Part shown: piece by piece, positions 18,112-28,906 of the stretch | How positions within the stretch are numbered: the first letter of the stretch is position 1 | Layout: each line of letters opens with the position of its first letter | DNA from: Christensenellaceae bacterium | Lineage (GTDB): Bacteria > Bacillota > Clostridia > Christensenellales > CAAEEZ01 | Direction of reading: 5' to 3' | Assembly (NCBI GenBank): GCA_020024085.1 | Contig: JAHHUG010000001.1 | Span: 1 to 62,908, forward strand | Length of the DNA stretch: 62,908 nucleotides | Notes under the pieces: model-generated | Database searches by the model: none | What the model was told of the DNA's origin: nothing | What the model saw: the letters and a program-made list of their open reading frames with translations, nothing else | Translations under genes and position numbers: made by a program

Positions 18112-19127
18112 TGATAGATTACAAATCAGCTGGTGTTGATGTAGAAGCAGGTTACGAAGCAGTTAAGCTAATGAAGGAGTATGTTAAAAAAACCTATAAC
18201 AACAATGTTCTTGGTGATTTAGGTAGTTTTGGTGGTTTCTATGCGCTTGATGATAACCCACACGGAGATGTACTTGTTGCAGGAACTGATGGTGTTGGTA
18301 CAAAATTAAAGTATGCATTTATCAGCGATAAGCACGACACAATAGGTATTGATTGTGTTGCAATGTGTGTAAATGATATCGTTTGTCAAGGTGCAAGACC
18401 TCTTATCTTTTTGGACTACCTTGCTCAAAGTAAAATCAATCCCGTTAAGGTTAGTGAGATTGTAAAGGGTATCAGTAATGGTTGCTTCGAGAGTGGTTGT
18501 GCACTTATCGGTGGCGAAACTGCTGAAATGCCAGGTTTTTATAGCGATGGCGAATATGATATGGCAGGTTTTGCAGTTGGTATTGCAAATAAGGATAAAA
18601 TCATTAATGGTTCAAATATCGTTGAGAGCGATGTGCTTATCGGCTTAAAGAGTAGTGGTATCCACTCAAACGGCTATTCACTTGTTCGTAAATTATTTGG
18701 AGAGGACTTGGATAACCTATCAAAGTATGATGAGGAACTTGGCGAAAAGACAATTGATGTATTACTTACCCCAACAAAGTTGTACGTAAAAACTATACTT
18801 GACCTAATCGAAAAGTTTGAAGTAAAAGGTATTGCTCATATTACTGGTGGTGGTTTTATTGAAAATATCCCAAGAATTTTACCAAAAGGACTTGCTGCTA
18901 AAGTAGATATCAATAGTTACGAAGTACCAAAAATCTTCAAACTAATGCAAAGACTTGGAGATATCCCAACACAAAAAATTTATAATACATTTAATATGGG
19001 TATCGGTATGGTACTTGCAGTAGACAAAAATCTTGCAGAGGATATTGTAAAATACCTTAATACAAAAGAGGCTGACCAAGCAGTAATTATTGGTGAAGTC
19101 GTAAAGGGCGAGGGAGTAATTCTATGA
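18111..19127 (+). CDS. purM: phosphoribosylformylglycinamidine cyclo-ligase (AIR synthetase)
   Basis: 338 aa with typical PurM motifs ([20 protein letters not shown]). Its start overlaps the purF stop. Confidence 0.95.
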   Translation: MIDYKSAGVDVEAGYEAVKLMKEYVKKTYNNNVLGDLGSFGGFYALDDNPHGDVLVAGTDGVGTKLKYAFISDKHDTIGIDCVAMCVNDIVCQGARPLIFLDYLAQSKINPVKVSEIVKGISNGCFESGCALIGGETAEMPGFYSDGEYDMAGFAVGIANKDKIINGSNIVESDVLIGLKSSGIHSNGYSLVRKLFGEDLDNLSKYDEELGEKTIDVLLTPTKLYVKTILDLIEKFEVKGIAHITGGGFIENIPRILPKGLAAKVDINSYEVPKIFKLMQRLGDIPTQKIYNTFNMGIGMVLAVDKNLAEDIVKYLNTKEADQAVIIGEVVKGEGVIL

Positions 19128-19705
19128 AAAATATAGCAATATTTGTATCGGGTGGTGGTACAGATATGCAATCGGTAATTGACGGAGTTAAAAACGGTCA
19201 AATTAACGGTAAAGTAAAACTTATTGTTGCTAATAAGGATAATATATTCGCTCTTACTCGTGCAAAAAATGAGGGCATTCCTAGTAAGGTTTACAAAATA
19301 AAGGATTACGAAAGTATTGAAAAGCGAGATGAAGCAATATTAAACGACTTAATTAGTATGGATATCGACCTTGTTGTGCTTGCAGGTTATTTATCAATAG
19401 TTACACCAGTTATTGTTGATAAGTTTAGGGATAGGATAATCAATATTCACCCAAGCCTAATTCCAAAATTTTGTGGCAAAGGGTTCTACGGCTTAAAGGT
19501 GCACGAGGCAGTGGTAAATGCAAAAGAAACAGAAAGTGGTTGCACAGTTCACTATGTTGATGAGGGTGCAGACACTGGAAAAATTATTGAGCAAGTAAAA
19601 GTGCCAGTATATCCTACTGACACAGCAGAAATTTTACAAGAAAGAATACTAAAAGAAGAACATATCTTACTACCAAAAATAGTAGCTAAGTTATGTGAAG
19701 AATAA
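19124..19705 (+). CDS. purN: phosphoribosylglycinamide formyltransferase
   Basis: 193 aa with [10 protein letters not shown] and NIHPSLIP motifs. ATGA overlap with the purM stop. Confidence 0.9.
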   Translation: MKNIAIFVSGGGTDMQSVIDGVKNGQINGKVKLIVANKDNIFALTRAKNEGIPSKVYKIKDYESIEKRDEAILNDLISMDIDLVVLAGYLSIVTPVIVDKFRDRIINIHPSLIPKFCGKGFYGLKVHEAVVNAKETESGCTVHYVDEGADTGKIIEQVKVPVYPTDTAEILQERILKEEHILLPKIVAKLCEE

Positions 19706-19718
19706 ATGGAGGATAAAG

Positions 19719-21260
19719 ATGAAAAAAAGAGCATTAATTAGTGTATCAGACAAAACAGGTATTGTTGATTTAGCAAAGGAATTAGTAAACCTTGGATATG
19801 AAATTATCTCAACAGGTGGCACAATGAAGGCTTTAGAAGATGCTGGACTTGATGTAATAGGTATTAGCGATATTACTGGTTTCCCAGAGTGCTTGGACGG
19901 TAGAGTAAAAACTTTGCACCCAAATGTTCATGCAGGATTACTTGCTATGAGGTCAAACCCTGAACATATGAAACAACTAGAAGAACTTAATATCAACACT
20001 ATTGATATGGTTGTAGTTAATCTTTATCCATTTAAGCAAACAATTGCTAACAAAAATGTTGACCTTCAAACAGCAATTGAAAATATTGATATCGGTGGCC
20101 CTACAATGTTAAGAGCTGCTGCAAAAAATTATCAAGATGTTGTAGTTCTTGTTGACCCTAAGGATTACGAAAAAGCACTTGCAGAAATTAAGGAAAATGG
20201 TGATTGCTCACTTGATACAAAATTATATTTGATGTACAAGGTTTACCAACATACAGCAGTATATGATAGTATGATTTCTACATATCTTCGCAAAAAGGTA
20301 AATATTGAGTTCCCAGATGAGATTGCATTCTGCTACGAGAAAGCTCAAGACCTTAGATATGGCGAAAACCCAAATCAAAAGGCAGTATTCTATAAGGAAG
20401 TATTCCCAATGGAAGGTAGCCTTCCACTTGCAAAACAAATCCACGGTAAAGAGCTTAGCTACAATAATATTAATGATGCTAACGGTGCAATCAGCTTGCT
20501 TAAAGAGTTTACCGAGCCAACAATCGTTGCAAGCAAACACTCTAATCCTTGTGGTGTAGCAAGTGCAAGCACAATTAGTGAGGCATATAGAAAGGCTTAT
20601 GAAGCTGACCCAGTATCAATTTTTGGTGGCATTATTGCAAGTAACCGTGAAATTGATAAGGATACAGCAGAGCAAATAAGCAAAATCTTTATTGAAATTG
20701 TAGTTGCTCCATCATTCAGCGATGAGGCAATCGAGATACTAGAAAGAAAGAAGAATATTAGATTACTTGTTCTTGAAGATATTGTAAAACCAGTTAATCA
20801 AACCGAGTTCGATATGAAAAAGGTTCTTGGTGGATTGCTTGTTCAAGAGTACGATACAACACTTATTGATAAGGATAAATGGCAAGTCGTAACAAAGGCA
20901 GAGCCAACCGAGAAAGAAATTGAGGATATGTACTTTGCTATGGCAGTTGTAAAGCACGCAAAGTCAAATGCTATTGCAATCGCAAAGGATAGCACAAGCC
21001 TTGCAATCGGTGTTGGTCAAACTAATAGAATTTGGTCAACTCAAGAGGCAATCGAGCATTCTAATTTCTCAACAGAGGGTAGTGTTCTTGCAAGTGATGC
21101 ATTCTTCCCATTCAATGATTGTGTTGAGGAAGCTCACAAGGCAGGAATTACAGCAATTATCCAACCAGGTGGTTCAATCCGTGACCAAGAAAGCATTGAC
21201 CTATGCGACAAGTATGGCATTGCAATGGTATTTACAGGTGATAGACACTTTAAGCACTAA
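19719..21260 (+). CDS. purH: bifunctional AICAR transformylase / IMP cyclohydrolase
   Basis: MGS-like N-terminal domain ([12 protein letters not shown]) plus an AICARFT domain. ATG at 19719 with GGAGG 8 nt upstream is preferred over the upstream start that overlaps purN. Confidence 0.95.
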   Translation: MKKRALISVSDKTGIVDLAKELVNLGYEIISTGGTMKALEDAGLDVIGISDITGFPECLDGRVKTLHPNVHAGLLAMRSNPEHMKQLEELNINTIDMVVVNLYPFKQTIANKNVDLQTAIENIDIGGPTMLRAAAKNYQDVVVLVDPKDYEKALAEIKENGDCSLDTKLYLMYKVYQHTAVYDSMISTYLRKKVNIEFPDEIAFCYEKAQDLRYGENPNQKAVFYKEVFPMEGSLPLAKQIHGKELSYNNINDANGAISLLKEFTEPTIVASKHSNPCGVASASTISEAYRKAYEADPVSIFGGIIASNREIDKDTAEQISKIFIEIVVAPSFSDEAIEILERKKNIRLLVLEDIVKPVNQTEFDMKKVLGGLLVQEYDTTLIDKDKWQVVTKAEPTEKEIEDMYFAMAVVKHAKSNAIAIAKDSTSLAIGVGQTNRIWSTQEAIEHSNFSTEGSVLASDAFFPFNDCVEEAHKAGITAIIQPGGSIRDQESIDLCDKYGIAMVFTGDRHFKH

Positions 21261-21269
21261 GAGGAAATT

Positions 21270-22532
21270 ATGGAAGTATTAGTATTAGGTAGTGGTGGCA
21301 GAGAACACGCAATTTGCTACTCACTAAGTAAAAGTAGTAAGGTTACAAAAATCCACTGTTTGCCAGGTAATGCAGGCATCAGTGAGATTGCCGTAACAGA
21401 AAATATATCGGTAATGGACAAAGATGGAGTTCTAGCTTATCTTAAAAAGAATCCAAAGATTGAGCTTACTATTGTTGCTCCTGATGACCCACTTGCTGAT
21501 GGTATGGTAGACTTTTTAGAGGAAAACGGCTACAAGGCATTTGGTCCTAGAAAAAATGCTGCAATTATCGAAGCATCAAAGGCTTTTTCAAAGTGGCTTA
21601 TGAAAAAATACAATATTCCTACTGCTGATTACGAGGAATTTACCGACTACGAGGAGGCTAAAAAGTATATTGATAATGCAAAATATCCTCTTGTAGTAAA
21701 GGCTGATGGATTAGCTCTTGGTAAGGGTGTAATTATTTGCAACAACATTGAAGAGGGCGAAAAGGCAATCTACGAAATGATGGTAGAAAGCAAGTTCTCT
21801 CTTGCTGGTAAAAAGGTAATTGTTGAGGAATTCCTTGTTGGTAAAGAGGTATCTGTACTATGCTTTACCGATGGCAAAACCATTGTTCCTATGGTATCAA
21901 GTCAAGACCACAAAAGAGTTTTTGATAATGATGAGGGACTTAATACCGGTGGTATGGGAACATTTAGCCCAAGCAGAATTTACACTGAAGATATGCAAAA
22001 AGATGTGTACGACAATATTATTATTCCTACCATTCGTGCAATGGAAAAAGAGGGTAGATTATTTAAGGGAGTACTTTATTTTGGCTTAATGCTAACCGAT
22101 AATGGTGTAAAGGTACTAGAGTACAATGCGAGATTTGGCGACCCAGAAACCCAAGTTGTTCTTCCAAAAATGAAAAATGACTTTGTAGATGTTTGTCTTG
22201 CAACTATTGATGGCACACTTGATAAAATCAACTTTGAGTGGGATAATGAGCCTATGGTATGTGTAATTGTTGCTAGTGGTGGATACCCTGTTAAGTATGA
22301 AAAGGGAAAGGAAATCACTATTGACAAACTAGAAGATGGTGTGCTTGTATTCCATGCAGGTACAGCATTCAAAGATGGAAAACTTGTAACAAATGGTGGT
22401 AGAGTATTAGGTGTTACTGCAAGTGGCAAAACTATGAAAGATGCTCAAGCTAAGGCATATAGAAATGTGGAAAAAATACATTTCGAGGGTATGCATTATA
22501 GAAAGGATATAGGTAATAAATATTATGATTAG
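21270..22532 (+). CDS. purD: phosphoribosylamine--glycine ligase (GAR synthetase)
   Basis: 420-aa ATP-grasp protein with a typical PurD N-terminus (VLVLGSGGREHAI). Confidence 0.95.
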   Translation: MEVLVLGSGGREHAICYSLSKSSKVTKIHCLPGNAGISEIAVTENISVMDKDGVLAYLKKNPKIELTIVAPDDPLADGMVDFLEENGYKAFGPRKNAAIIEASKAFSKWLMKKYNIPTADYEEFTDYEEAKKYIDNAKYPLVVKADGLALGKGVIICNNIEEGEKAIYEMMVESKFSLAGKKVIVEEFLVGKEVSVLCFTDGKTIVPMVSSQDHKRVFDNDEGLNTGGMGTFSPSRIYTEDMQKDVYDNIIIPTIRAMEKEGRLFKGVLYFGLMLTDNGVKVLEYNARFGDPETQVVLPKMKNDFVDVCLATIDGTLDKINFEWDNEPMVCVIVASGGYPVKYEKGKEITIDKLEDGVLVFHAGTAFKDGKLVTNGGRVLGVTASGKTMKDAQAKAYRNVEKIHFEGMHYRKDIGNKYYD

Positions 22533-25500
22533 AAGATTATTTGTTGAAAAGAAGCAAGGTTACAATGTTACTGCTGGTAAGGTAAAAAAAGATATCAAGC
22601 ATGTGCTTGGCATTGAACCAGATGAGGTTAGACTAATAATTAGATACGATATCGACGATATTGATGAAAATGTATTTAACAAGGCAAAAAACTCTATTTT
22701 TAGTGAGCCACCCGTTGATAATATTTTCGAGGGTGCTGTTGACCTTGAGGGATATAAGTATTTTGTAGTAGAGTATTTACCAGGTCAATACGACCAAAGG
22801 GCAGACTCTGCTATGCAATGTGTTCAACTACTTTCACTAGGCAACAGACCTATCATTAAGTGTGCTACTATCTATGCTTTTAAGGGCGTAGATGATGCTG
22901 AAGTTGAAAGGATTAAACATTATTTAATCAACCCAGTTGAAGCAAGAGAGGGCAGTATGAATATGCCTACCACATTGCTTAATGAGGTAAAACCAGTTGA
23001 GAAAGTTCCAGTTCTTGAGGACTTTATGAGATATAGCGACAAAGAACTAGAAGAATACTATAATTCTATGGGCTTTGCTATGAGCCTTGAGGACTTAAAG
23101 TTTGTAAAGGAGTACTTCAAAAGTGAGTATAGATATCCAACTTTAACCGAGCTTAAAGTTATTGATACATATTGGAGTGACCATTGTAGACATACAACTT
23201 TTGCTACCGAGCTTACAAAAATTAATGTTGATAGCAACAATCCACATATTGCGATTGCTCTAAAAGAATATAACGATTTGTTTGAAAAATACAATGGCAC
23301 AAGGGAAGATAAGTACAAGTGTTTAATGGATATTGCAACCATTACCGTAAAGGAAATGAAAGCAAAAGGTTATCTTGACAACCTTGATACAAGTGATGAA
23401 ATCAATGCTTGTTCTGTTGTTGTTGATGTTGATAACGATGGCAAAAAGGAAGAGTGGTTAATAATGTTCAAGAACGAAACTCATAACCACCCAACTGAAA
23501 TTGAGCCATTTGGTGGTGCTGCAACCTGTCTTGGTGGTGCTATTCGTGACCCACTATCTGGTAGAACATATGTTTATCAAGCAATGAGGGTAACAGGTGC
23601 AAGTGACCCAACAGAAAGATATGAGGACACCCTAAAGGGCAAACTTCCTCAACGAGTTATTACCAAAACAGCAGCAGCTGGATATTCAAGCTATGGTAAT
23701 CAAATTGGACTTGCAACTGGACTTGTTAGCGAGATGTATCACCCAGGATACAAGGCAAAAAGGCTTGAAACAGGCTTTGTAATTGCAGCTGCTCCTAGAA
23801 AAAATATTGTTCGTAAAAAGCCAAAGGAAGATGATATTATCCTTCTACTTGGTGGAGAAACAGGTCGTGATGGTTGTGGTGGTGCAACTGGTTCAAGTAA
23901 GGCTCACACCGAAAAATCTGTTGAGGTTTGTGGTGCAGAGGTTCAAAAAGGTAATGCATTAACCGAAAGAAAACTTCAAAGATTATTTAGAAAAAAGGAA
24001 GTAAGCGAACTTATTATTAAGTGTAACGACTTTGGTGCAGGTGGTGTCAGTGTTGCAATTGGCGAGCTTGCCGATAGTTTGGATATTTATCTTGATAAGG
24101 TTACCAAAAAGTATGATGGTTTAACAGGTACAGAGCTTGCAATCAGTGAATCTCAAGAGAGAATGGCAGTTGTAATTGAGCCTGAAAATGTAGATAAGTT
24201 CATCGCTTTTGCAAAGGAAGAAAACCTTGTTGCAACCCCAGTTGCAAAGGTTACAAATAATGGCAGAATGAGAATGATATTTAATAATGATGTCATTGTA
24301 GATTTGTCAAGAAAGTTCCTTGATACAAACGGCGTTAAGCAATATCAAGAGGTTGATATTAAGGATAATTTAACAGAATATAGAAACAAACCAAACCAAA
24401 ATATTATTGAGGACCTAGCAAAAGGTGATGTTAAGTCTGCTATCAATAAGGAATTATCAAGGCTAAATGTTTGCTCAACAAAGGGACTTGGCGAAATGTT
24501 CGACTCTACTATTGGTGCAGGCACAGTACTTATGCCATATGGTGGTAAGTATCAACAAACACCAGTTACAGCTATGGTTGGTAAAGTTCCAGTTCTTACA
24601 AAAAATACCGATACTGTTACTGTTTCAAGTTATGCTTGTTATCCATACCTTATGAGTGAATCTCCATTCGTTGGTTCAATATACTCAATCGTAAGTTCAG
24701 TTGTTAAGGCAGTTTCAGTTGGTGCAAAACCTAGCACAATCCGTTTGACCTTACAAGAGTTCTTCAAACGACTAAATAAAGATAGCAATCGTTGGGGCGA
24801 GCCAACTTCAGCACTACTTGGTGCAATGCACGCACAACTTGGTCTTAAAATGGCAGCAATCGGTGGAAAGGATAGTATGAGTGGTACATTTGAAGATATT
24901 GATGTTCCACCTACACTTATTTCGTTTGCTGTTGGTATATCAAAGAATAAATATATTATTCATAATACATTCAAGTATCACCCAAGTGCAAAAAATGTTT
25001 ACTATATAGATTTACCAGTTGATAACTATGGAATACCTGATTTTGAAAAGGTACTTGATATGTTAGATGTGGTTTATCACCTAATCAAAAAAGGAGAAAT
25101 TGTAAGCAGTGCAGTAGTTGAAGAGGGTGGTGCAATAATTAGCACAATCAAGTCTTGCTTGGGTAATAAAGTAGGCTTTAAGGGAACTGCTTCAGCTGAG
25201 GACTTTGCTCCTAAGTTCGCAAGTATGGTTGTAGTTGCAAGATGCGATGACGACTTAAATGGTTTGAATTATAGAAAAATCGGCGAGTTGACAAATGATA
25301 ACTTTATCGAGATTAACGATACAAAGTTTGAGTTTGATGAACTTATTGATAGCTTCGAGTCAAAGTTGAGCAAAGTATTTACTCTAAAAGGTGCTGGAGA
25401 GGGACTTGCAAAAGATATTTATTTTGCTATTGATAAGGACTTTAGTGGTAATGGATTTGGTGCTCCAAAAGTATTTATTCCAGTATTCCCAGGTACAAAC

Positions 25501-26259
25501 TGCGAGTACGATACAAAGAGAGCTTTTGAAAGATATGGTGCAAAAACTGATGTATTTGTAATCAAAAACCATACTTCAAAAGATATTGAAGAAAGCGTAG
25601 ATGCTATTGCAAAAGCAATTAGTACTAGCCAAATTATAGCTCTTCCTGGTGGATTTAGTGGTGGCGATGAGCCAGACGGAAGTGGTAAATTCATTGCAAC
25701 AACCTTCAAAAATGAGAAGATTGCATCAGCCGTTCTAGATATGTTGTATAAAAGAGATGGTTTAATGATTGGTATTTGTAATGGTTTCCAAGCACTTATC
25801 AAACTTGGACTTGTTCCATACGGCACAATTTTAGAGCAAAAACCAACAGCTCCTACACTTACTTATAACCAAATTAACCGTCACATTAGCTCAATCAGTA
25901 GGATAAAAGTTGCATCAAACAATTCTCCTTGGTTACAAGCTGTTAAGGTTGGCGATGTATATAATGTACCTATTTCTCACGGCGAGGGTAGATTTGTTGC
26001 TAGCGATGAGGAGTTAAATTTATTGATTGAAAAAGGTCAAATTATCACTCAATATGTTGATGATTTGGATAGAGCAACTATGGAAGCTCCATATAATCCA
26101 AACGGTTCTGTTATGGGTATTGAGGGTATTATTAGCCCAGATGGTAGAGTACTTGGTAAGATGGGACACGCAGAAAGATGGAATGATGGTCTATACAAAA
26201 ATGTTGAGGGCGACTACGATATGCACCTATTTGAGAGTGGTGTAAAATACTTTAAGTAA
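22525..26259 (+). CDS. purL: phosphoribosylformylglycinamidine synthase, single-chain large type
   Basis: 1244 aa. Contains FGAM synthase domains plus a C-terminal glutaminase domain (GICNGFQAL...HGEGRF). Overlaps the purD end by 8 nt. Confidence 0.95.
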   Translation: MIRRLFVEKKQGYNVTAGKVKKDIKHVLGIEPDEVRLIIRYDIDDIDENVFNKAKNSIFSEPPVDNIFEGAVDLEGYKYFVVEYLPGQYDQRADSAMQCVQLLSLGNRPIIKCATIYAFKGVDDAEVERIKHYLINPVEAREGSMNMPTTLLNEVKPVEKVPVLEDFMRYSDKELEEYYNSMGFAMSLEDLKFVKEYFKSEYRYPTLTELKVIDTYWSDHCRHTTFATELTKINVDSNNPHIAIALKEYNDLFEKYNGTREDKYKCLMDIATITVKEMKAKGYLDNLDTSDEINACSVVVDVDNDGKKEEWLIMFKNETHNHPTEIEPFGGAATCLGGAIRDPLSGRTYVYQAMRVTGASDPTERYEDTLKGKLPQRVITKTAAAGYSSYGNQIGLATGLVSEMYHPGYKAKRLETGFVIAAAPRKNIVRKKPKEDDIILLLGGETGRDGCGGATGSSKAHTEKSVEVCGAEVQKGNALTERKLQRLFRKKEVSELIIKCNDFGAGGVSVAIGELADSLDIYLDKVTKKYDGLTGTELAISESQERMAVVIEPENVDKFIAFAKEENLVATPVAKVTNNGRMRMIFNNDVIVDLSRKFLDTNGVKQYQEVDIKDNLTEYRNKPNQNIIEDLAKGDVKSAINKELSRLNVCSTKGLGEMFDSTIGAGTVLMPYGGKYQQTPVTAMVGKVPVLTKNTDTVTVSSYACYPYLMSESPFVGSIYSIVSSVVKAVSVGAKPSTIRLTLQEFFKRLNKDSNRWGEPTSALLGAMHAQLGLKMAAIGGKDSMSGTFEDIDVPPTLISFAVGISKNKYIIHNTFKYHPSAKNVYYIDLPVDNYGIPDFEKVLDMLDVVYHLIKKGEIVSSAVVEEGGAIISTIKSCLGNKVGFKGTASAEDFAPKFASMVVVARCDDDLNGLNYRKIGELTNDNFIEINDTKFEFDELIDSFESKLSKVFTLKGAGEGLAKDIYFAIDKDFSGNGFGAPKVFIPVFPGTNCEYDTKRAFERYGAKTDVFVIKNHTSKDIEESVDAIAKAISTSQIIALPGGFSGGDEPDGSGKFIATTFKNEKIASAVLDMLYKRDGLMIGICNGFQALIKLGLVPYGTILEQKPTAPTLTYNQINRHISSISRIKVASNNSPWLQAVKVGDVYNVPISHGEGRFVASDEELNLLIEKGQIITQYVDDLDRATMEAPYNPNGSVMGIEGIISPDGRVLGKMGHAERWNDGLYKNVEGDYDMHLFESGVKYFK

Positions 26260-26331
26260 TGGTATTTTACAAAACAGAAAACTTTTTGTATTAATGCTTT
26301 TATTAAAAATTAATTAATAACTTAAAAAAAG

Positions 26332-26358
26332 GAAGTGGTATTTGCCACTTCTTTTTTT
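26332..26358 (+). terminator. intrinsic terminator at the end of the pur operon
   Basis: GAAGTGG / CCACTTC stem with a 6-nt loop, followed by a T7 run. Confidence 0.75.
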
Positions 26359-26635
26359 ATATATTTGTAATAATTTTAATGTTTTTATGGTTTAAAAATT
26401 TTAATGTTGGTTTATGGGATAATATAATATTACAATTCAATGTTTTTGTAAATAAAGTTGACTATTTATTATCGAAAAGTTGGTTTTATAAAGTAATATT
26501 CGCATAATACTAATATTTCATTATTTTTGTAAATTTTGTAGTGCTAGCGTAAAGTATTATATTAAAATGCGATTTATAAAGTAAAAATATTGTTTTTAAG
26601 TGTGTAAGTCAAATAGTATTATATAGCATTTAAAA

Positions 26636-26664
26636 TTAAAAAGAGTTGTAAAATTTACAACTCT
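26636..26664 (-). terminator. intrinsic terminator of the GT4 glycosyltransferase gene
   Basis: AGAGTTGTAAA / TTTACAACTCT 11-bp stem. On the minus strand it is followed by TTTTT. Confidence 0.8.
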
Positions 26665-26673
26665 GTACAATTA

Positions 26674-27810
26674 TTATTCGTTATCTTTGATAGCTTGGAT
26701 AAACATATTTTCTAGTTTATCAATTGATTTCTCAATAGAGTATTCTTTGCTTTCCTCAATGTATCTTGCAGATAGTTCATCTTTTTCTTCCTTGTGTTCA
26801 ATGAAGTAATCAATCTTTTTAGCAAGGTCATCGCTATTGCCGTGTTCGAAGATACTTCTTTTATCAATAGCAAATTGTTGAGTAGCACATTTTGGATTGT
26901 TACTAATTATTGGTACAACGCCACAAGTTAATGCTTCTACACAAGAAATAGCTTCAATTTCAACATCGGCAGGGTGAACATACAAATCACTGTAATTGAT
27001 AATTTTACTTAATTCCTCTTGAGAGAAGAAGTTGATTAAAGGCTTGTTAGGTAATTTATTACCTTGTTCGACAATTGTATTTTGAATAGGGCCTTTACCT
27101 GCTATAATTAGTTGAATTTTATCCTTGTATTTGCTTTTGTTAATTGCATCAATTAATACATCGTGCCTTTTTTCTTTTGAAAGTCTACCAATTGTTAGGA
27201 TAATAAATTTATCTTCATATTCTTTTGGACGTACACTTTCAGCAACATGAAATTGTGGAATAATTCCGTTTGAAATAACACAACAATTTGCTTTATATTT
27301 GTTATTGTGTAGTTCATTTGCAATCATTTTGCTAGGGCAGTGAATATAATCAAGATGTTTATAAAATACATTTCTAAAAAATTTATAAACGAGTTTGTTT
27401 GCTAATTTTGAATTTGCAAGACCTAATTGTGTGGTTACATTTTCTGCTTGAATATGAAATGCTCCAGTAACTGGGATTCCTATTTTATTAGCTATTTTGA
27501 TAGCTTGTTTTTCTATTTCAAATGGCATTACTACATGTACTATATCAGAACCAGTAATAGCATCTACCAATGTTTGTTTATCAGCTTTTGCAAATAATAA
27601 CCCTTGTTTATGAGCAAAATATGTAGCAAGTGGTACATTCCTTTCGGGTACATTGTATAATATTTCATTTCCAGCAGGGTTGTTATTAGTAACACCGACA
27701 ACTCGTACTTCGTGACCTCTTTCAGCAAGTGTTTTTGCAAATCTTCTTGTAGAAATTGTCGTACCGTTGTTTTCGTATGCATACTGGTCAACAACAAGTG
27801 TAATAATCAT
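26674..27810 (-). CDS. GT4-family (retaining, GT-B fold) glycosyltransferase, probable glycolipid synthase
   Basis: 378 aa. The N-terminus (MIITLVVDQYAYENNGTTISTRRFAKTLAERGHEVRVV) resembles diacylglycerol glycosyltransferases. E-x7-E motif present (EIEAISCVE). GAGG Shine-Dalgarno upstream. Confidence 0.7.
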   Translation of the reverse strand: MIITLVVDQYAYENNGTTISTRRFAKTLAERGHEVRVVGVTNNNPAGNEILYNVPERNVPLATYFAHKQGLLFAKADKQTLVDAITGSDIVHVVMPFEIEKQAIKIANKIGIPVTGAFHIQAENVTTQLGLANSKLANKLVYKFFRNVFYKHLDYIHCPSKMIANELHNNKYKANCCVISNGIIPQFHVAESVRPKEYEDKFIILTIGRLSKEKRHDVLIDAINKSKYKDKIQLIIAGKGPIQNTIVEQGNKLPNKPLINFFSQEELSKIINYSDLYVHPADVEIEAISCVEALTCGVVPIISNNPKCATQQFAIDKRSIFEHGNSDDLAKKIDYFIEHKEEKDELSARYIEESKEYSIEKSIDKLENMFIQAIKDNE

Positions 27811-27901
27811 ATAAACCTCATTATTTTTTACAATGTTTCAATTATATCATTATTGATTATTAATGTCAAATAATACATATTAATAAATGTACGATTAGTA
27901 A

Positions 27902-27930
27902 TTGACACTATTTTTGTTTATTGATATAAT
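27902..27930 (+). promoter_or_regulatory. consensus sigma-A promoter for the acyltransferase gene
   Basis: TTGACA (27902-27907), 17-nt spacer, TGaTATAAT (27922-27930), giving perfect -35 and -10 hexamers. Confidence 0.75.
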
Positions 27931-27952
27931 TTTTTATAGTAGGATATATATT

Positions 27953-28876
27953 ATGGATAATAAAAATACTAACAATTTAGATGAAAATACCCAAAATAAT
28001 AAAGGCAATATATCAAACGATGCAAACATAGAGGATAAAAAATCTACTATGTCGGCAAATAGTTCAAATAATGATAATTGTGTTGATAGCGAGGGTGCAA
28101 AAGCTAATAAGGATAAACATATTTTAACTATGCCAAATAACGGCAAAACTGTTGAAATTACAAAGGATACCAATTTTGGTTCAAAAAACAAATTTCAAGA
28201 ATGTTTGCTTAATGTTGGTTGGTTTTTTGCAGTAAATATTCTTTGGGTTTATTGTAAACTTTTTCTTGGACTAAAAATTGAAGGAAAAGAGAATTATAAG
28301 CAACTTAGGGAAAAGAAAAAAGGTTTTTTGGTTATATCTAACCATATACATGTAATGGATACACCGATGGTTGCTGTTACCTTAAAGCCACATAAATTGC
28401 AATTTACCTCTATTGAGTCGAACTTTGCAATACCGGTTGCAGGTAAAATATTAAGTTTTTTCAATGTTATTCCAATGCCTGAAAACCCATTCAAACTTAA
28501 AATAGTTTTTGACTATATCAACAAAGCAGTAGGAGAGGGCAAGGTAGTTCATTTATTCCCAGAGGGAGTGCTTTTGCCTTACAATAACAAACTAAAGCGC
28601 TTTAATCGAGGTGCGTTTGTATGTGCAGAAAGGGCAAAGTGTGATATTTTGCCTATTGTATATACTCAAAGGAAAGCTAAAGGTCCATTCAAGTATCTTA
28701 AAAAGTATCGTTGTTCATATACTGCACATATTTTACCAGCATTAGAGCTTGACCAAAGTTTGAATAGAAAAGATGCTATCAATGATATTGAGTCAAGAGC
28801 AAGAGCCGTTATGGAAGAAACTTTACAAAAATATGATGAAAATGTAATTTCAATAGATTATTCTGAATTTAAATAA
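27953..28876 (+). CDS. lysophospholipid (1-acyl-sn-glycerol-3-phosphate-type) acyltransferase with a low-complexity N-terminal extension
   Basis: H-x4-D motif (NHIHVMD) and FPEG motif. ATG at 27953 lies downstream of the consensus promoter, so the TTG start in the ORF track would fall inside the promoter. The first ~95 residues are an Asn/Asp/Lys-rich low-complexity region. Confidence 0.75.
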   Translation: MDNKNTNNLDENTQNNKGNISNDANIEDKKSTMSANSSNNDNCVDSEGAKANKDKHILTMPNNGKTVEITKDTNFGSKNKFQECLLNVGWFFAVNILWVYCKLFLGLKIEGKENYKQLREKKKGFLVISNHIHVMDTPMVAVTLKPHKLQFTSIESNFAIPVAGKILSFFNVIPMPENPFKLKIVFDYINKAVGEGKVVHLFPEGVLLPYNNKLKRFNRGAFVCAERAKCDILPIVYTQRKAKGPFKYLKKYRCSYTAHILPALELDQSLNRKDAINDIESRARAVMEETLQKYDENVISIDYSEFK

Positions 28877-28877
28877 T

Positions 28878-28906
28878 AAAATGCCTTTTTATAGGCATTT
28901 TTTTTA
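28878..28906 (+). terminator. intrinsic terminator after the acyltransferase gene
   Basis: AAAATGCCT / AGGCATTTT stem with a 6-nt loop, followed by a T run. Confidence 0.8.
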
